DNA from: Octopus bimaculoides | Lineage: Eukaryota | Reading direction: 5' to 3' | NCBI RefSeq assembly: GCF_001194135.2 | Contig: NC_068983.1 | Coordinates: forward strand, 33,223,270-33,287,269 | Length of the DNA: 64,000 bases | Shown here: in pieces, positions 24,440-37,266 of the stretch | Layout of the letters: the number at the start of each line of letters is the position of its first letter | Numbering within the stretch: the stretch's first letter is position 1 | Translations under genes and position numbers: made by a program | The notes under the pieces: generated by a model | Seen by the model: only the letters and a program-made list of their open reading frames with translations | Told to the model about the DNA's origin: nothing | Database searches by the model: none

Positions 24440-25790
24440 TATTATTATTATTGTTCAATAGTTTTATTTTTATAACGTGCTTTCACTTCACTACCGAGCG
24501 CAGCTCTGTGTGCCTTGGGTATGTGCTGTGGTTTGCTGTGGTGCTCTTATGTTTACTGTATTGAAAGTGTTTTGCGTAGAATGTGTGCAGTACCCAGTAG
24601 TGCAATTTTCTGTATGTTATATATATTTGTAAGTCCTGGTGTTTTTGTTCTGTATTTGTCTGAATATTTTTTTATTATACCTAAGGCACCTACTATGATA
24701 GGAATTGTTTCTGTTTTTAGACTCCACATTCGAGTTATCTCTATTTCCAGGTCTTTGTATTTTGAAAGTTTTTCCATTTCTTNNNNNNNNNNNNNNNNNN
24801 NNNNNNNNNNNNNNNNNNNNNNNNNNNNNNNNNNNNNNNNNNNNNNNNNNNNNNNNNNNNNNNNNNNNNNNNNNNNNNNNNNNNNNNNNNNNNNNNNNNN
24901 NNNNNNNNNNNNNNNNNNNNNNNNNNNNNNNNNNNNNNNNNNNNNNNNNNNNNNNNNNNNNNNNNNNNNNNNNNNNNNNNNNNNNNNNNNNNNNNNNNNN
25001 NNNNNNNNNNNNNNNNNNNNNNNNNNNNNNNNNNNNNNNNNNNNNNNNNNNNNNNNNNNNNNNNNNNNNNNNNNNNNNNNNNNNNNNNNNNNNNNNNNNN
25101 NNNNNNNNNNNNNNNNNNNNNNNNNNNNNNNNNNNNNNNNNNNNNNNNNNNNNNNNNNNNNNNNNNNNNNNNNNNNNNNNNNNNNNNNNNNNNNNNNNNN
25201 NNNNNNNNNNNNNNNNNNNNNNNNNNNNNNNNNNNNNNNNNNNNNNNNNNNNNNNNNNNNNNNNNNNNNNNNNNNNNNNNNNNNNNNNNNNNNNNNNNNN
25301 NNNNNNNNNNNNNNNNNNNNNNNNNNNNNNNNNNNNNNNNNNNNNNNNNNNNNNNNNNNNNNNNNNNNNNNNNNNNNNNNNNNNNNNNNNNNTGCTCGTG
25401 TTTTGTGGCTATTTGTATTAGTTTTCCTTGCTTCTGGAGTAGGTATTTTTGCAGTCCTATGGTGGTTATTTTATAATAGTTTTCCAGCTGTATATGACCC
25501 CTGCCACCTTCTGTGCGTTGTATATATATAGCCTTTCTATGTCAGATTTTGGGTGGTGCATCCTATATCCTGTCATTATTTTTCTTGTTTTCCTGTCTAT
25601 TTTAGATAGTTTGTTTAGTGTCCAGTTAAGGATATTGTAGCTGTAACTTGTAACTGGGACAGCTAAAGTGTTAATACCTATTATCTTGTTTTTAGCATTG
25701 ATCTAACTCATCTATAGTACTCTTTCTTTATTTTTTTCTTTCATTTGTGTATGTTGTATGCTATCTAGTACATTGACTCCTAAATATTTG
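24440..25790 (-). mobile_element. R4/Dong-like RLE non-LTR retrotransposon, 3' part (spans a gap)
   Basis: EKLSKYKDL...IPIIVGALG...IQKIALLGTAHILRK C-terminus; HPKSDIERLY post-RT motif beyond the gap; (TAA)n tail. Confidence 0.85.
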
Positions 25791-25842
25791 TATGGCTGGC
25801 TTTCGTCTAGTTCTCTATTATTATTATTATTTTATTATTATC

Positions 25843-25904
<62 letters not shown>

Positions 25905-25905
<1 letters not shown>

Positions 25906-26162
25906 AAAGTCAGAATTAAAAGAAGAATGCCATTGTTATTTAGTGAACGATATTTCAACCACTTGTGTGTCTTCAACTGGTTTAAAAAATAATTTTGTCA
26001 ATCTACTTCATTTTGGTTAATATAGAAAAGATTGAGGTAACTTCTCCTGAAGATATAGAGTCAAAATTAAAAGAAGAGTGCCATTGTTATCTAGTGAATG
26101 ATATTTCGACATCTTGTGTGTCTTCAACTGGTTCAAAAAATAATTTTGTCAATCTATTTATT
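25905..26162. repeat. Two diverged copies of a ~100-bp unit, period ~150 bp, running into a gap
   Basis: aattaaaagaaga(a/g)tgccattgttat(t/c)tagtgaa...aaaataattttgtcaatcta occurs twice. Confidence 0.7.
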
Positions 26163-26859
26163 NNNNNNNNNNNNNNNNNNNNNNNNNNNNNNNNNNNNNN
26201 NNNNNNNNNNNNNNNNNNNNNNNNNNNNNNNNNNNNNNNNNNNNNNNNNNNNNNNNNNNNNNNNNNNNNNNNNNNNNNNNNNNNNNNNNNNNNNNNNNNN
26301 NNNNNNNNNNNNNNNNNNNNNNNNNNNNNNNNNNNNNNNNNNNNNNNNNNNNNNNNNNNNNNNNNNNNNNNNNNNNNNNNNNNNNNNNNNNNNNNNNNNN
26401 NNNNNNNNNNNNNNNNNNNNNNNNNNNNNNNNNNNNNNNNNNNNNNNNNNNNNNNNNNNNNNNNNNNNNNNNNNNNNNNNNNNNNNNNNNNNNNNNNNNN
26501 NNNNNNNNNNNNNNNNNNNNNNNNNNNNNNNNNNNNNNNNNNNNNNNNNNNNNNNNNNNNNNNNNNNNNNNNNNNNNNNNNNNNNNNNNNNNNNNNNNNN
26601 NNNNNNNNNNNNNNNNNNNNNNNNNNNNNNNNNNNNNNNNNNNNNNNNNNNNNNNNNNNNNNNNNNNNNNNNNNNNNNNNNNNNNNNNNNNNNNNNNNNN
26701 NNNNNNNNNNNNNNNNNNNNNNNNNNNNNNNNNNNNNNNNNNNNNNNNNNNNNNNNNNNNNNNNNNNNNNNNNNNNNNNNNNNNNNNNNNNNNNNNNNNN
26801 NNNNNNNNNNNNNNNNNNNNNNNNNNNNNNATAATATATGTATATATAAATAGGTGTAC

Positions 26860-27005
26860 TTTATTTACATTATTTACATTTCACGGATATTTGTCCTCCT
26901 CTTGGTTGTTGTTGCCTAAAATTTTCGGCTGATATACCCTCTAGCCTTCATCAGGTGTCTTGGGGAAATTTCGTACCTAGGTTCTCATTCCTAAGGTATT
27001 TTTCG

Positions 27006-27010
<5 letters not shown>
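26860..27010 (-). mobile_element. Second copy of the hammerhead-tailed element (tail only)
   Basis: Reverse complement: GACAC-CTGATGA-A-GGCT...AGCC-GAAA; same body and (AATGTAAAT)n end as 10460-10606. Confidence 0.75.
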
Positions 27011-27061
<51 letters not shown>

Positions 27062-29061
27062 GGTCTTGTGTCAAAATTTGAAACCATTATTATTATTATT
27101 ATTATATTTTGTGACATCATAGCATAATCAATCCATACCTGGATACAAATTACATCCATGCTCCTACAGCAAATAGATGCAGTATTTAAAAAATTTCTTT
27201 TTCATTTTTTTCTTTCAAACACTCGTATGTTGAAATCGACAGGAGTGACCATCATTATGTCTTTAATCAGAAGTTGCAAAGTGATTGAAGTGCCAAGAGT
27301 TTTGTGTAGGGCTTTCATGAAACTCTGTCATTCTGTGACTTCTACCAACAATGAATAAAGCACACACACACACACACACACAACACACAAACACAACGCA
27401 CATGCACACACACATGCATGTATGCATACATACACATGTATGTATGCACACACAATGCACATGCACACACACATGCATGTATGCACACATACACATGTAT
27501 GTATGCACACACACACACACACACACACATATGAAAGCAAGCACTGTCTGTATGTAAATTCTTCAGTGAAGAATACTTTGGACCTTATAAATGAAACTCA
27601 GACAGTTTCACATTTGAATATACATAAATGATATACACACTGGTATTTTCATCTAAAGTTGTTTCAGGGGTGTATATTAATTCAATTCTAGCATGGCTAG
27701 CTCCAGCACAGATCAGTAAATGCTGTGAGGTACTCTATCCAACATTCTACTCCCTCTACCAATTTTCCATTTATTACAAATATTATGAAGTATTCTGCTT
27801 GATGCCTAATGCTCTCAATAAATGTTAGAGAGCAAATAGTATCGACTACAGGTGTAGTAAGAAGTTCACTTCCCAGCCATATGGGTCTGGGTTCAGTCCC
27901 ACTATATGCACCCTGAGCGAGTGTCTTTTATTATAACCAACCAAGGCCGAGCAGAGCCCTGTGAGTCAATTTAGCAGATTGAAACTGAAAGAAGCCCATT
28001 GTGTGTGTGTGTGTGTGTTTGTGTGCATGTGTGTATCTTAAAAAAACCAACATCATTTGACAACTGGCATTGATTTATTTACATTCCTGTAACTTAGCAG
28101 TTCAGCAGGAGATACTAATAGAATGAGTATCAGACTTAAAAAGAAAAAAGTTAAGAACCGAGGCCAATATCTTTGACTAAATACTTCAAGGCAGTGCTCC
28201 AGCATGGTCACAATCCAATGGTTGAAACAAGTAAAAGACAAAGGATAAAAGATACTGAAAATGTGTTGGTGGATTTGTCCAGGGTACCATGCTGATTTAA
28301 GTGTGTGTTAATTTATAAATCAGACTCAGAAATCATTACAATATTTTTATATGAAAAAGGCGACAAGCTGGCAGAAACATTAGCATGCCAAGCGAAATAC
28401 TTAACAGTATTTCACCTGTTTTTACGTTCTGAGTTCAAATTCCGCTGAGATCGACTTTGCCTTTCATCCTTTCGAGGGCGATAAATTAAGTATCAGCTGC
28501 GTACTGGGTTGATCTAATCAACTGGCCCCCTTCCCCAAAATTTCGGGCCTTGTGCATAGTGTAGAACAGAATATTTTTTATATGAACTTGGTACTTTGGG
28601 CTGAACTATTTTTGAACTTATTTTCCTTTGCCAGGAAAACACTTAAACAAAACAACACAAATGGTTATACAAACTTTCTATATTCTGTGTTGGCAGGTCA
28701 ATGTCCTTCAGATCCACACGGATTTAATGTGACATGTTAACTAGTGAACAAATGGAAATTGATAGGTTAAACTTAGCTTCTCTGTGCTTAAAGGATTGTC
28801 CTACATCCAAGAACATACACACAAACACACACAGAACACACATGCATACACACACATACACACACATGCACACATGAACAAACACAACACACACAACACA
28901 CAGAAACACAAAACACACTCATACACATCTTTTATTTTTCATATTTCACTTAAGTCATTACTAGGCTGTGACCATTCTAACACACACAAATATAACACAC
29001 AAATGCGCACATCAAAACACTTACTTTACACAAAAGGTCAGTACATAAATGTGTCTGTTAC

Positions 29062-29143
29062 CTTGTGGCGAAGAAATGTTTGGGATCCTTAAAAATAATG
29101 TTGCCACTTGTTTTTCATTACCTGGAGAATTTCCATTAGGAAT
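29062..29143 (-). CDS. WDR93: WDR93-like exon 6 (82 nt)
   Basis: Acceptor tttttttttaaacag, donor AAG|gtaaca. Phase 0 to 1: IPNGNSPGNEKQVATLFLRIPNISSPQ (cf. PVYIMKIKPPKPVT). Confidence 0.78.
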
Positions 29144-29896
29144 CTGTTTAAAAAAAAACAAATTTAATGATACAGAACATATATTATAAAGCACCACATC
29201 AAAGACTGGAGATTGATACTTCTACTAAACAATTGTAAATGCATCCAACATGCTCCTCGCTCTCTTGCACTCTCTTTTTTTTTCCCTCTCACTCTTTGTG
29301 TCAGGTTTTGCCTGATAACAACTAACAAGGTTGAAAAAGCTGTCAGCTAACAGAGTTAAGACAAATGATATGATATATTTGACTCTATTTTCAGGACTGA
29401 GTTAACCTATCAGTCAACCAAACACACACACACACACTCAGACATGCACACACAAGGAGACAGAGGTATACACACACACATATACAAACACACACATGCA
29501 CACACACATACATAAAAACACACAAACATGGACATGCAAACACATGAATATGCAGAATATGTACATACAAATGTACACACATAAAGATACATATGCACAC
29601 ACACACATACATGCATACACACACATGCATACATACATACATGCATGCACATACACACACACACACACACTGATCCACACACATGTGCACAAACAAACCA
29701 AAAGGAACGCAGTGTAACGGACAGAATCAAAACTATTGAAAAGGTTGCAAGACGCAACAAAAATTTTAGAAAAAAAAAAAAAAAANNNNNNNNNNNNNNN
29801 NNNNNNNNNNNNNNNNNNNNNNNNNNNNNNNNNNNNNNNNNNNNNNNNNNNNNNNNNNNNNNNNTATATATATATACACATATATATATATATATC

Positions 29897-29928
<32 letters not shown>

Positions 29929-29929
29929 C

Positions 29930-30274
29930 AGCAGCAGAAGCTACAGAGTGGCTCAAGAGCCAAAAGTTTCTTGCATTGGAATATATCTATAACATTTAAA
30001 ATCTATAATACATTAATTCTATAAAATATAAAATTTTTTTATCTAAATTCCTAATGAATATGCTAAAAGCGTGTACATTTAAAGCATCTTGTTAAAATTG
30101 TACAAAATTTCTAGAATAATGTAATATATTTCAGGATGTCTGCATGTGAATATATATGCAAATGTGTAAGCATGGATGTGTGTGTAAATATATGTGTGAA
30201 TATTTATCTTACTAACCTCAGTTTTATTCTCACTACCACTCTATCCCTATCTATATTTCTTTCTTTCTGTATAT

Positions 30275-30326
<52 letters not shown>

Positions 30327-31513
30327 TCCCCCTGAACTAGTATGAGACTATCACAAGTGTAAGATATATTAGTTTTAAGACTTAGTCTGAATAAATGCAC
30401 CTGGATGTTTTAAAAAATGTATATTATTATATTATATTATGACTTCATTTTATTCATATTGATATTTATGTTTATCATCATCATCATCATCATCGTTTAA
30501 CGTCCGCTTTCCATGCTAGCATGGGTTGGACGATTTGACTGAGGACTGGTGAAACCGGATGGCAACACCAGGCTCCAGTCTGATTTGGCAGAGTTTCTAC
30601 AGCTGGATGCCCTTCCTAACGCCAACCACTCAGAGAGTGTACATGTAAAAGCTGCAAGCTGGCAGAGCCATTAGTACTTAGCAGCACTTTGTCCATCTTT
30701 ACGTTCTGAATTTCCACTGAGGTTGACTTTGCCTCTTATCCTTTCAGGGTTGATAAAATAAGTACCAGTTGAGCACTGAGGTCAGTGTAATCAAATATCT
30801 CCAGCCTTCAAAATTTCAGGCCCTGTAGCAAAATTTGTAACAAATATTTCTGTTCAAGTAATGGGTTTCCACTGTTGTACTAAGATACTTAATTATTAAC
30901 TACAGAATTAAAGATAATACCATACATTCCAGTTTTTAATGTAATGCATTCATACTCCATGATCAATATGTTTAACTAGGAATCTCAGTTTATTTTAGAT
31001 AAACTAGTGTTCAAACAAGTTCTTCTTGAGGATGCAGTTCTGACTTTAATCTCTTTTGTTCACACATACAGGGCCGGATTAAGACCCATACAGGCCCTAA
31101 ACATTTAAAAGGTTTTGGTGCTGTCAAGTATATGTAAATAGTTCACAATGTAAACAAAAATAATTCAAAATGTAAATGATAATAAACCATATAATAAATT
31201 TTTATTTTTCAAAATGAAACGTGATCGATGCCAGTCAGGCATATTCACACACATATTTATACACACATTCATGCTTACCCATTTGCCCATATATTCACAT
31301 GCAGACATCCTGAAATATATTACATTACTTAGAAATGTTGTTCAATTTTTAACAAATTTTTTAAAATGTACATGCTTTTAGCATATTCTTTAGGAATATA
31401 TATAAAAAATTATATAATTTATAGAATTAATATATTATAAATTTTATATGCCATAGACATGTTCCAATGCATGAAACTTTTGGCTCTTGAGTCACTCTGT
31501 AACTTCTGCTGCT
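29930..31513. repeat. Inverted pair of ~275-bp arms (29930-30203 and 31241-31513)
   Basis: The arms align in reverse complement along their length (e.g. agcagcagaag...caagagccaaaagtttc; ttcaggatgtctgcatgtgaatat). Confidence 0.8.
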
Positions 31514-31869
31514 ACTAAATAACATATATATATATACACACGTTCATTCAGTTATTCAAGTTTATCACGCAGTCACTTATTTCTATTATTCTGTCTTAGA
31601 TTAGCTGACTGAAAACTCTCAGACTTTTCAATTCTATATTACTATTATCAACATTTGCTGTCTCGTTAAACTATGCTACACAAATCCCAAAGGAATATCT
31701 CTCTCCCTCGTATTCTGGCCACTAACCCTAACCCCACTTCTCTGCTTTACTCTGTCTCTCTCGATCTCACTCTCTCTCTCTCTCTCCCTCTTTCGATTAT
31801 CTCTCGCTTCGCCAGGACTATAAACTAACACACACACCCTGATTCCCCTACTCGATCTTAATACCTCTG

Positions 31870-32265
31870 CCTCACTCTGCCTGTGGTGCTCCCNNNNNNN
31901 NNNNNNNNNNNNNNNNNNNNNNNNCTTCTAAAGGCTTCACGCCACCCCTACTCCTACTTAGGGTTTATCTAAGGTAGTGATCATATAATGCAAAATTATG
32001 ATAGTGTAGGCTACTGCTTGTTTATGAATTCTGCCAAATGCGAGCTTTTTTTTCAGGTACATGATGCTGCTGTCCCCCACCCCAGGGTCTCACGGGCCCA
32101 TACCTCCCACACCCTCGGGGTTGGCATTTTCAACGTCAGCACACTGAAAGGTAGGTCTGGTGAGATTGTTGAGATGCTTGAACGGAGTTGCATCGATATC
32201 TGCTGCCTCCAAGAAGGAAGGTGGAGAGGAGGTTTGGCTAGGTTCCTCACAGGCAAAGAACATAT
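31870..32265 (+). mobile_element. RTE-LINE 5' region, APE endonuclease N-terminus
   Basis: TLGVGIFNVSTLKGRSGEIVEMLERSCIDICCLQEGRWRG. Confidence 0.8.
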
Positions 32266-32409
32266 ACGTTCCTACATACGTGCATTCATACATATATACG
32301 TACATGTGTACATACATATGCACATACATATGTACATACATGCATACATATGTACATACAGCATCCGCTAAACAACAGCAGCAAAAATAAATATATAAAT
32401 GAAGTGAGC

Positions 32410-33420
32410 AACATTGTACGAGTTGGTAGTGAGCTCCTCAAGAAGCACTCTCTTCCTCATGATCTCCTATACAGTCCCAAAACAGCTGGGCTCTCTTAGA
32501 GAAGACCTGGATGGAAAGCACTCAGCATACAAGTAAAAAAGACTGCATGGGTATGTGGCCCGGAAGCTTGAGGAAGGCAGTAGAATTGACATGAAGCGCA
32601 GCCTCTCTTGGACACAAGACCACTGCATCACATCACACTTTGAGAGCTATGTATTTGCAATCCAAGAACAGTAAATTGCCTCAAAGTACCTGATGAACAC
32701 GAGAGACAGTGACACTCTTGTAATCTCAAGGTGAAACTGCATGTGTAGACTATGTCATGTTTTTGTGGAAGACATCATGCATGTGATTAGCAGCTGTCCT
32801 AAAATGTTGTCACGGTACTACCTCACTATGCGGCACGATGTTGTTGCTAAAACAATTTACAATGACTATCCTGAAATAAAGTTAGAAAATCCCTGTTATG
32901 GAATACATTCATAAACACCAACTCAAGGACTACTGGTGGAACATTCCCATCAAAACTCCTGTCAAATGTAAACATAACAGGGCGGATATTGTTGTTTGGG
33001 AAGGAGGGGCAAAGGTATGTACTATCATAGAAGTCAGCTGCCCTGCAGATATAAATATCTCCTTGAAAATCTGAGAAAAAGAGGATATCTATGGACAACT
33101 GCTTTGAAACCTCCAGTGTTTATATCCAGACTATGAATTCATATTCATACCAATAACATTTGGAGCACTAGGTTTTGTTAGTAAATGCTTAAAATAGAAT
33201 CTGGATAAACTGGGATTTTCAGAAAGAGAAATCGATCGGCTAATTTGTACATTACAAGTGCAATCTGTGAGTGGAACAGTAAAAATATGCAAGACTTTTC
33301 TCAAGTTCCAAATGTGAATTTGTCTGTGTCAACTACATCCCAAAGATGGAGTCTTGTATCTTTGCTGGAAACTGGTTCCCGCCTCAGTGGTAGATTTATA
33401 ATAATTAAGAAATAGAAGAG
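32410..33420 (+). mobile_element. RLE-type (R4/Dong-like) LINE 3' region: CCHC finger, restriction-like endonuclease and 3' UTR
   Basis: CRLCHVFVEDIMHVISSC, MRHDVVAK, WWNIPIKT...HNRADIVVW...IIEVSCP, GTVKICKTFLKF, with stops. Sister copies at 51590-52020(-) and 58280-58860(-). Confidence 0.88.
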
Positions 33421-33557
33421 ACATACATACAAAAACGTACTTATGTACATACATACGTACATACATATATACACACATGCATACATACACATACATACAT
33501 ATGTACACACATACTTACATACGTACATACATAAACACAGAGATATGCACATATGTA

Positions 33558-34182
33558 GGATCTATTTCAAAACGGGGGCACCAGTATTTTCTTAGCGAAA
33601 CACTAACGAAACACTTTGAAACTTGGGACACTGGTAGAATGTGTCATATAAAACATCTTTTACTCTTAGTCTTCTTAACAAAAAAACGTACATCGCAAGT
33701 TATTCCATGTTAAAGTTGTCGGATTTCTGTAATTTCAACCAATCACTGACGTCTATTCAGCTGAATAGAGTTACTGCTGGGCGGTCATAAAAATGTTATT
33801 CCCTGTGACATATTTCATCCAGTTTAATCGTAATTTATACACATATATTGTTTATATAATAAATTACGCTGTGCGTATCTATGTGTGTAACAATTTTAGA
33901 GTTCGGATTCTAGAGTTAGGGTTAGTTTTAGGGTTAGGGTTAGGGGATTAATATGATATACACCGTTACAGCGCTAACTGTTTTCAACTGAATAGGTGTC
34001 AGTGATTAGTAGAAATTATCGAAATAAGACAATTTTTTACATGAAATAAATTCGAATACAAAAATTTTTTTCTGTTCTATAACACAAAATAGATAAGTAT
34101 AGGAAGTTTGAAAGTCTTTCTGTACCAAAAACACTACATAAAACATAAATGAAAACTGGTGCCCCCGTTTTGAAATAGATCC
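33558..34182. mobile_element. MITE-like element with 28-bp TIRs, subterminal inverted repeats and central TTAGGG repeats
   Basis: GGATCTATTTCAAAACGGGGGCACCAGT at both ends (inverted); TTAGGG x4 plus one variant at 33916-33945. Confidence 0.8.
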
Positions 34183-34757
34183 CATATCTACATACATACA
34201 TATATGCATATAAAGTCATGCACATACATTATTGACAATCATTCTTCTTACAGTCTGGGATTGATCTGGTCTCTTTAGATAATAGTAGTATGTATGCACA
34301 TTTTTTTTGTATACACTCAAACATCATCATCATCATCATCACCATCTGTCTGTTTTCCATGCTGGCATGGGTTGGATGGTTTAACTAAAAACTGGTAGAC
34401 TGGGGAGCTGCACCAGGTTTCAATCTGATTTGGTATGGGTTCTTCAGCTGGTTACCCTTCCTAACACCAACCACCTAAAGAGTGTCGTGGGTGCTTTTTA
34501 CATGTCACCAGTATGGGTGCCAGTTATGAAACACTGGCATTGGGCACGACTATGATCTCACTTGGCTTGTCAAGAGACCATTTTCTCATCAGGTTTTGGT
34601 GAAAGAGCACTGAAATATCAGCACTGTAATTTGCTATTTTAAAGACTTTTTTGAGATCAACTTGAACTGAATAAAATACCTTACTGCATTCTCTAAAATG
34701 AAACCTAAATTTATTCTGTGTGTGAAAGAAGATTCGCTATAAAGCTATTTTTCTCAC

Positions 34758-34855
34758 CGGATTTAATGTTGCATTTGGTTCAAGGAATTGTTCAAATAAG
34801 GCACTGAATGAAATTCTGTAAATTTCCAACTGACTCTCTTTCCCTGTGGCACTTC
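34758..34855 (-). CDS. WDR93: WDR93-like exon 5 (98 nt)
   Basis: Acceptor cttttctgccag, donor CCG|gtgaga. Phase 1 to 0: GSATGKESQLEIYRISFSALFEQFLEPNATLNP (cf. GAGDIWLDVYKLP). Confidence 0.82.
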
Positions 34856-37024
34856 CTGGCAGAAAAGAACAGAAAAGAAAATTTTTTATACTAAGAAGTA
34901 GAGTATCAATGATATAAATTATGTTCTTATAAGAACAATCATTACCGTAATCACCTTATAACAACAATTTACCATATTTGATGGTATCTATACCATATTT
35001 TTTTCAAAAATATGTCTCAATCTCAAAAATCACCTTGGCTCCTTTAAATTATTGTTGTCCCAAATGCTCACAACTATAGACTAATTATAATCCAGACAGT
35101 TTCTTCTATCTAATGTGACTCCATAATAAGTTACTTTATATATACAGCAATATCTTCTGCCATAGCAAATGTACTTTTGAAATGTTTTGTAATGTGCTGC
35201 TAAATTGCTTTAATACACTAAAATCATATTTTCCCTGAATATCTGCAACTGAAATTAAAATTTATCTGAGATACCTGTGCATCTCTTATGCCAGCAAATA
35301 TGATACTTGAAAATGGATAGTATTTTTTCATCATAATGACATTAATTGCCATATATCATTCCTCTATTTAATTAGAGTTTACGTTGGAAAATGACAACTG
35401 ATCTCCGCATAAGAGACAAGAGTACTTTTCTAGTGCTGTAGTTGTTGTTAAAATGCAATCTCAAGTGAGCAATGATTGAACAAACCTACAGCCAGTAAGT
35501 AGTCGGCTGAATGATAATCCACAAATATACCATGTCTCTGCTGATACCAAGACTGTACTGCATACTTTGACACACACACATACAAGAGTGCAACAAGAGA
35601 GTCAGGACATGTAATCGTTCAACTGTCCATTCTCTTTCTGTCTGGCTGTTGTTGTTGTCAGCACTGACCAAGCAGGTCTATGATGGAAGACAGCCAAGTC
35701 AAAATCATTTTGTCTTTTCCTTACTTAAGATGACAGAGTATGATATGAGGGAGATTTTGATGCTATTTCTAGTTAACCAAGTGATCACAGCAGGGTTCAT
35801 TTACAGTATTCTCGTTTGTGAGAGCAGTCAAGTTTATTTCAGATATTCTCAATTTAAAAATCCTCCCTGGCTAATTGTTGAGAGGACGTTGGTGTTGCCT
35901 TGGCAGAAGTTTCCGCTGAGTGCTCTTGTTTTATTTGAATTCTTATTCACTTATTTGCATTCTTATGGAAATATATTCAAATAGTATGACTCTGAGGGAT
36001 TTATACTTGACAGTGTTATCCTCCACTTTACCAATGTCCTCTTAGTGTTTTGTATCTTGTGAGACAACAAAATAAGTAGCAGACACAAAAGTGTCTAGGT
36101 CATTATGATACACAAACACTTTTGAAGTTGGGGCCCATAGTATGGCTGACACATTATCTTTACTACCAATTTACCAAACTTTTATTAGGATTCATGGCAT
36201 TGGCAAGTACCAAGTAGGAGAAATATGTTTGGCAATCTCACAAGACACTCCTGCAGTGATGTTTGCTTCACTCTGATATATGTTGTTTTAAGTATATGTT
36301 GATGAAGAGAATTTCTCTCAGATGGAAACCACAGCATCGTGTCTTTCAGCAATGTATATGCCTTTAATATAATATACAAACAGCAATTTAAGTTTCTTTT
36401 GATTAGACACTAGACTAATTTGTTTCAAAGGTGTCTAAAATATTAGTTTCAAATTTTGATACAAGGCTAGTAATTTCATTTCAGAGGTGAAGTTCATTAC
36501 ATTTACCCCAGTACTCTGAAAAGATGAAAGGCAAAGTCACCCTTTGCAGAATTTGAACTCAGAATGTAAGGATGGACAAAATATCACTAAGCATGTTGCC
36601 TAGTGTACCAACAATTCTGGCAGCTCATTGACCTAAGGATGTCTAAAATATTACTTGTACTTGATGGAATGAAATCAAAAATCATTCTTAGTAGTTATTT
36701 GAACTCATGTTGAAGGAAGACCAACTTAAATACTTCAAAACTATTACAATGACAGTAATAATCTTCTCTTTCCTTTCTTTTTTCTTTTTAAAGTCCAGTG
36801 AGATGAAATGTAAAGTATTTTCGGACAGATATTTGAATAAACAATGAATTCAAAGGAGACTAAATACAATAACACATTCTTCTGTTCAATGGTTTCTGCT
36901 AAGGCAAATTTCTTTAATAACCAATCTATATGTGTGAAAGGAAACTGAACATAACTCAGATAACAAAAGGAGAATTAACAGAGAGAAACAAGAATGAAAA
37001 TACGAAAAGAGCTTCATGTATTAC

Positions 37025-37106
37025 CATCCATAACAGCACCAAAGTAATCTGCTTGTGGTGAGGCAGCACAATAGGTAACAAATGACTGGGGTTTCACTTC
37101 ACTCTG
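37025..37106 (-). CDS. WDR93: WDR93-like exon 4 (82 nt; NAGNAG acceptor allows 79 nt)
   Basis: Acceptor gcatttatcag(cag), donor G|gtaata. Phase 0 to 1: QSEVKPQSFVTYCAASPQADYFGAVMD(G) (cf. CIKMEISQGGDFAAFLLQG). Confidence 0.8.
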
Positions 37107-37221
37107 CTGATAAATGCAATAGAAATAGAAGTCAAGAAGATATCGCAAATAACACAGTTTTCATATATGTGCATGAGTATGTGTGTGTGAGTATGTGTGT
37201 GTGAGTATGTGTGTGTGAGTA

Positions 37222-37266
<45 letters not shown>

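Noticed and set aside
27263-27631. Cys/Val- or His/Thr-rich ORFs (also about 3.9, 12.4, 22.5, 29.4-29.9, 58.1 and 61.8 kb)
   Set aside because: Translations of (CA)n/(TG)n/(TATG)n microsatellites, not metallothionein-like or His-rich proteins.
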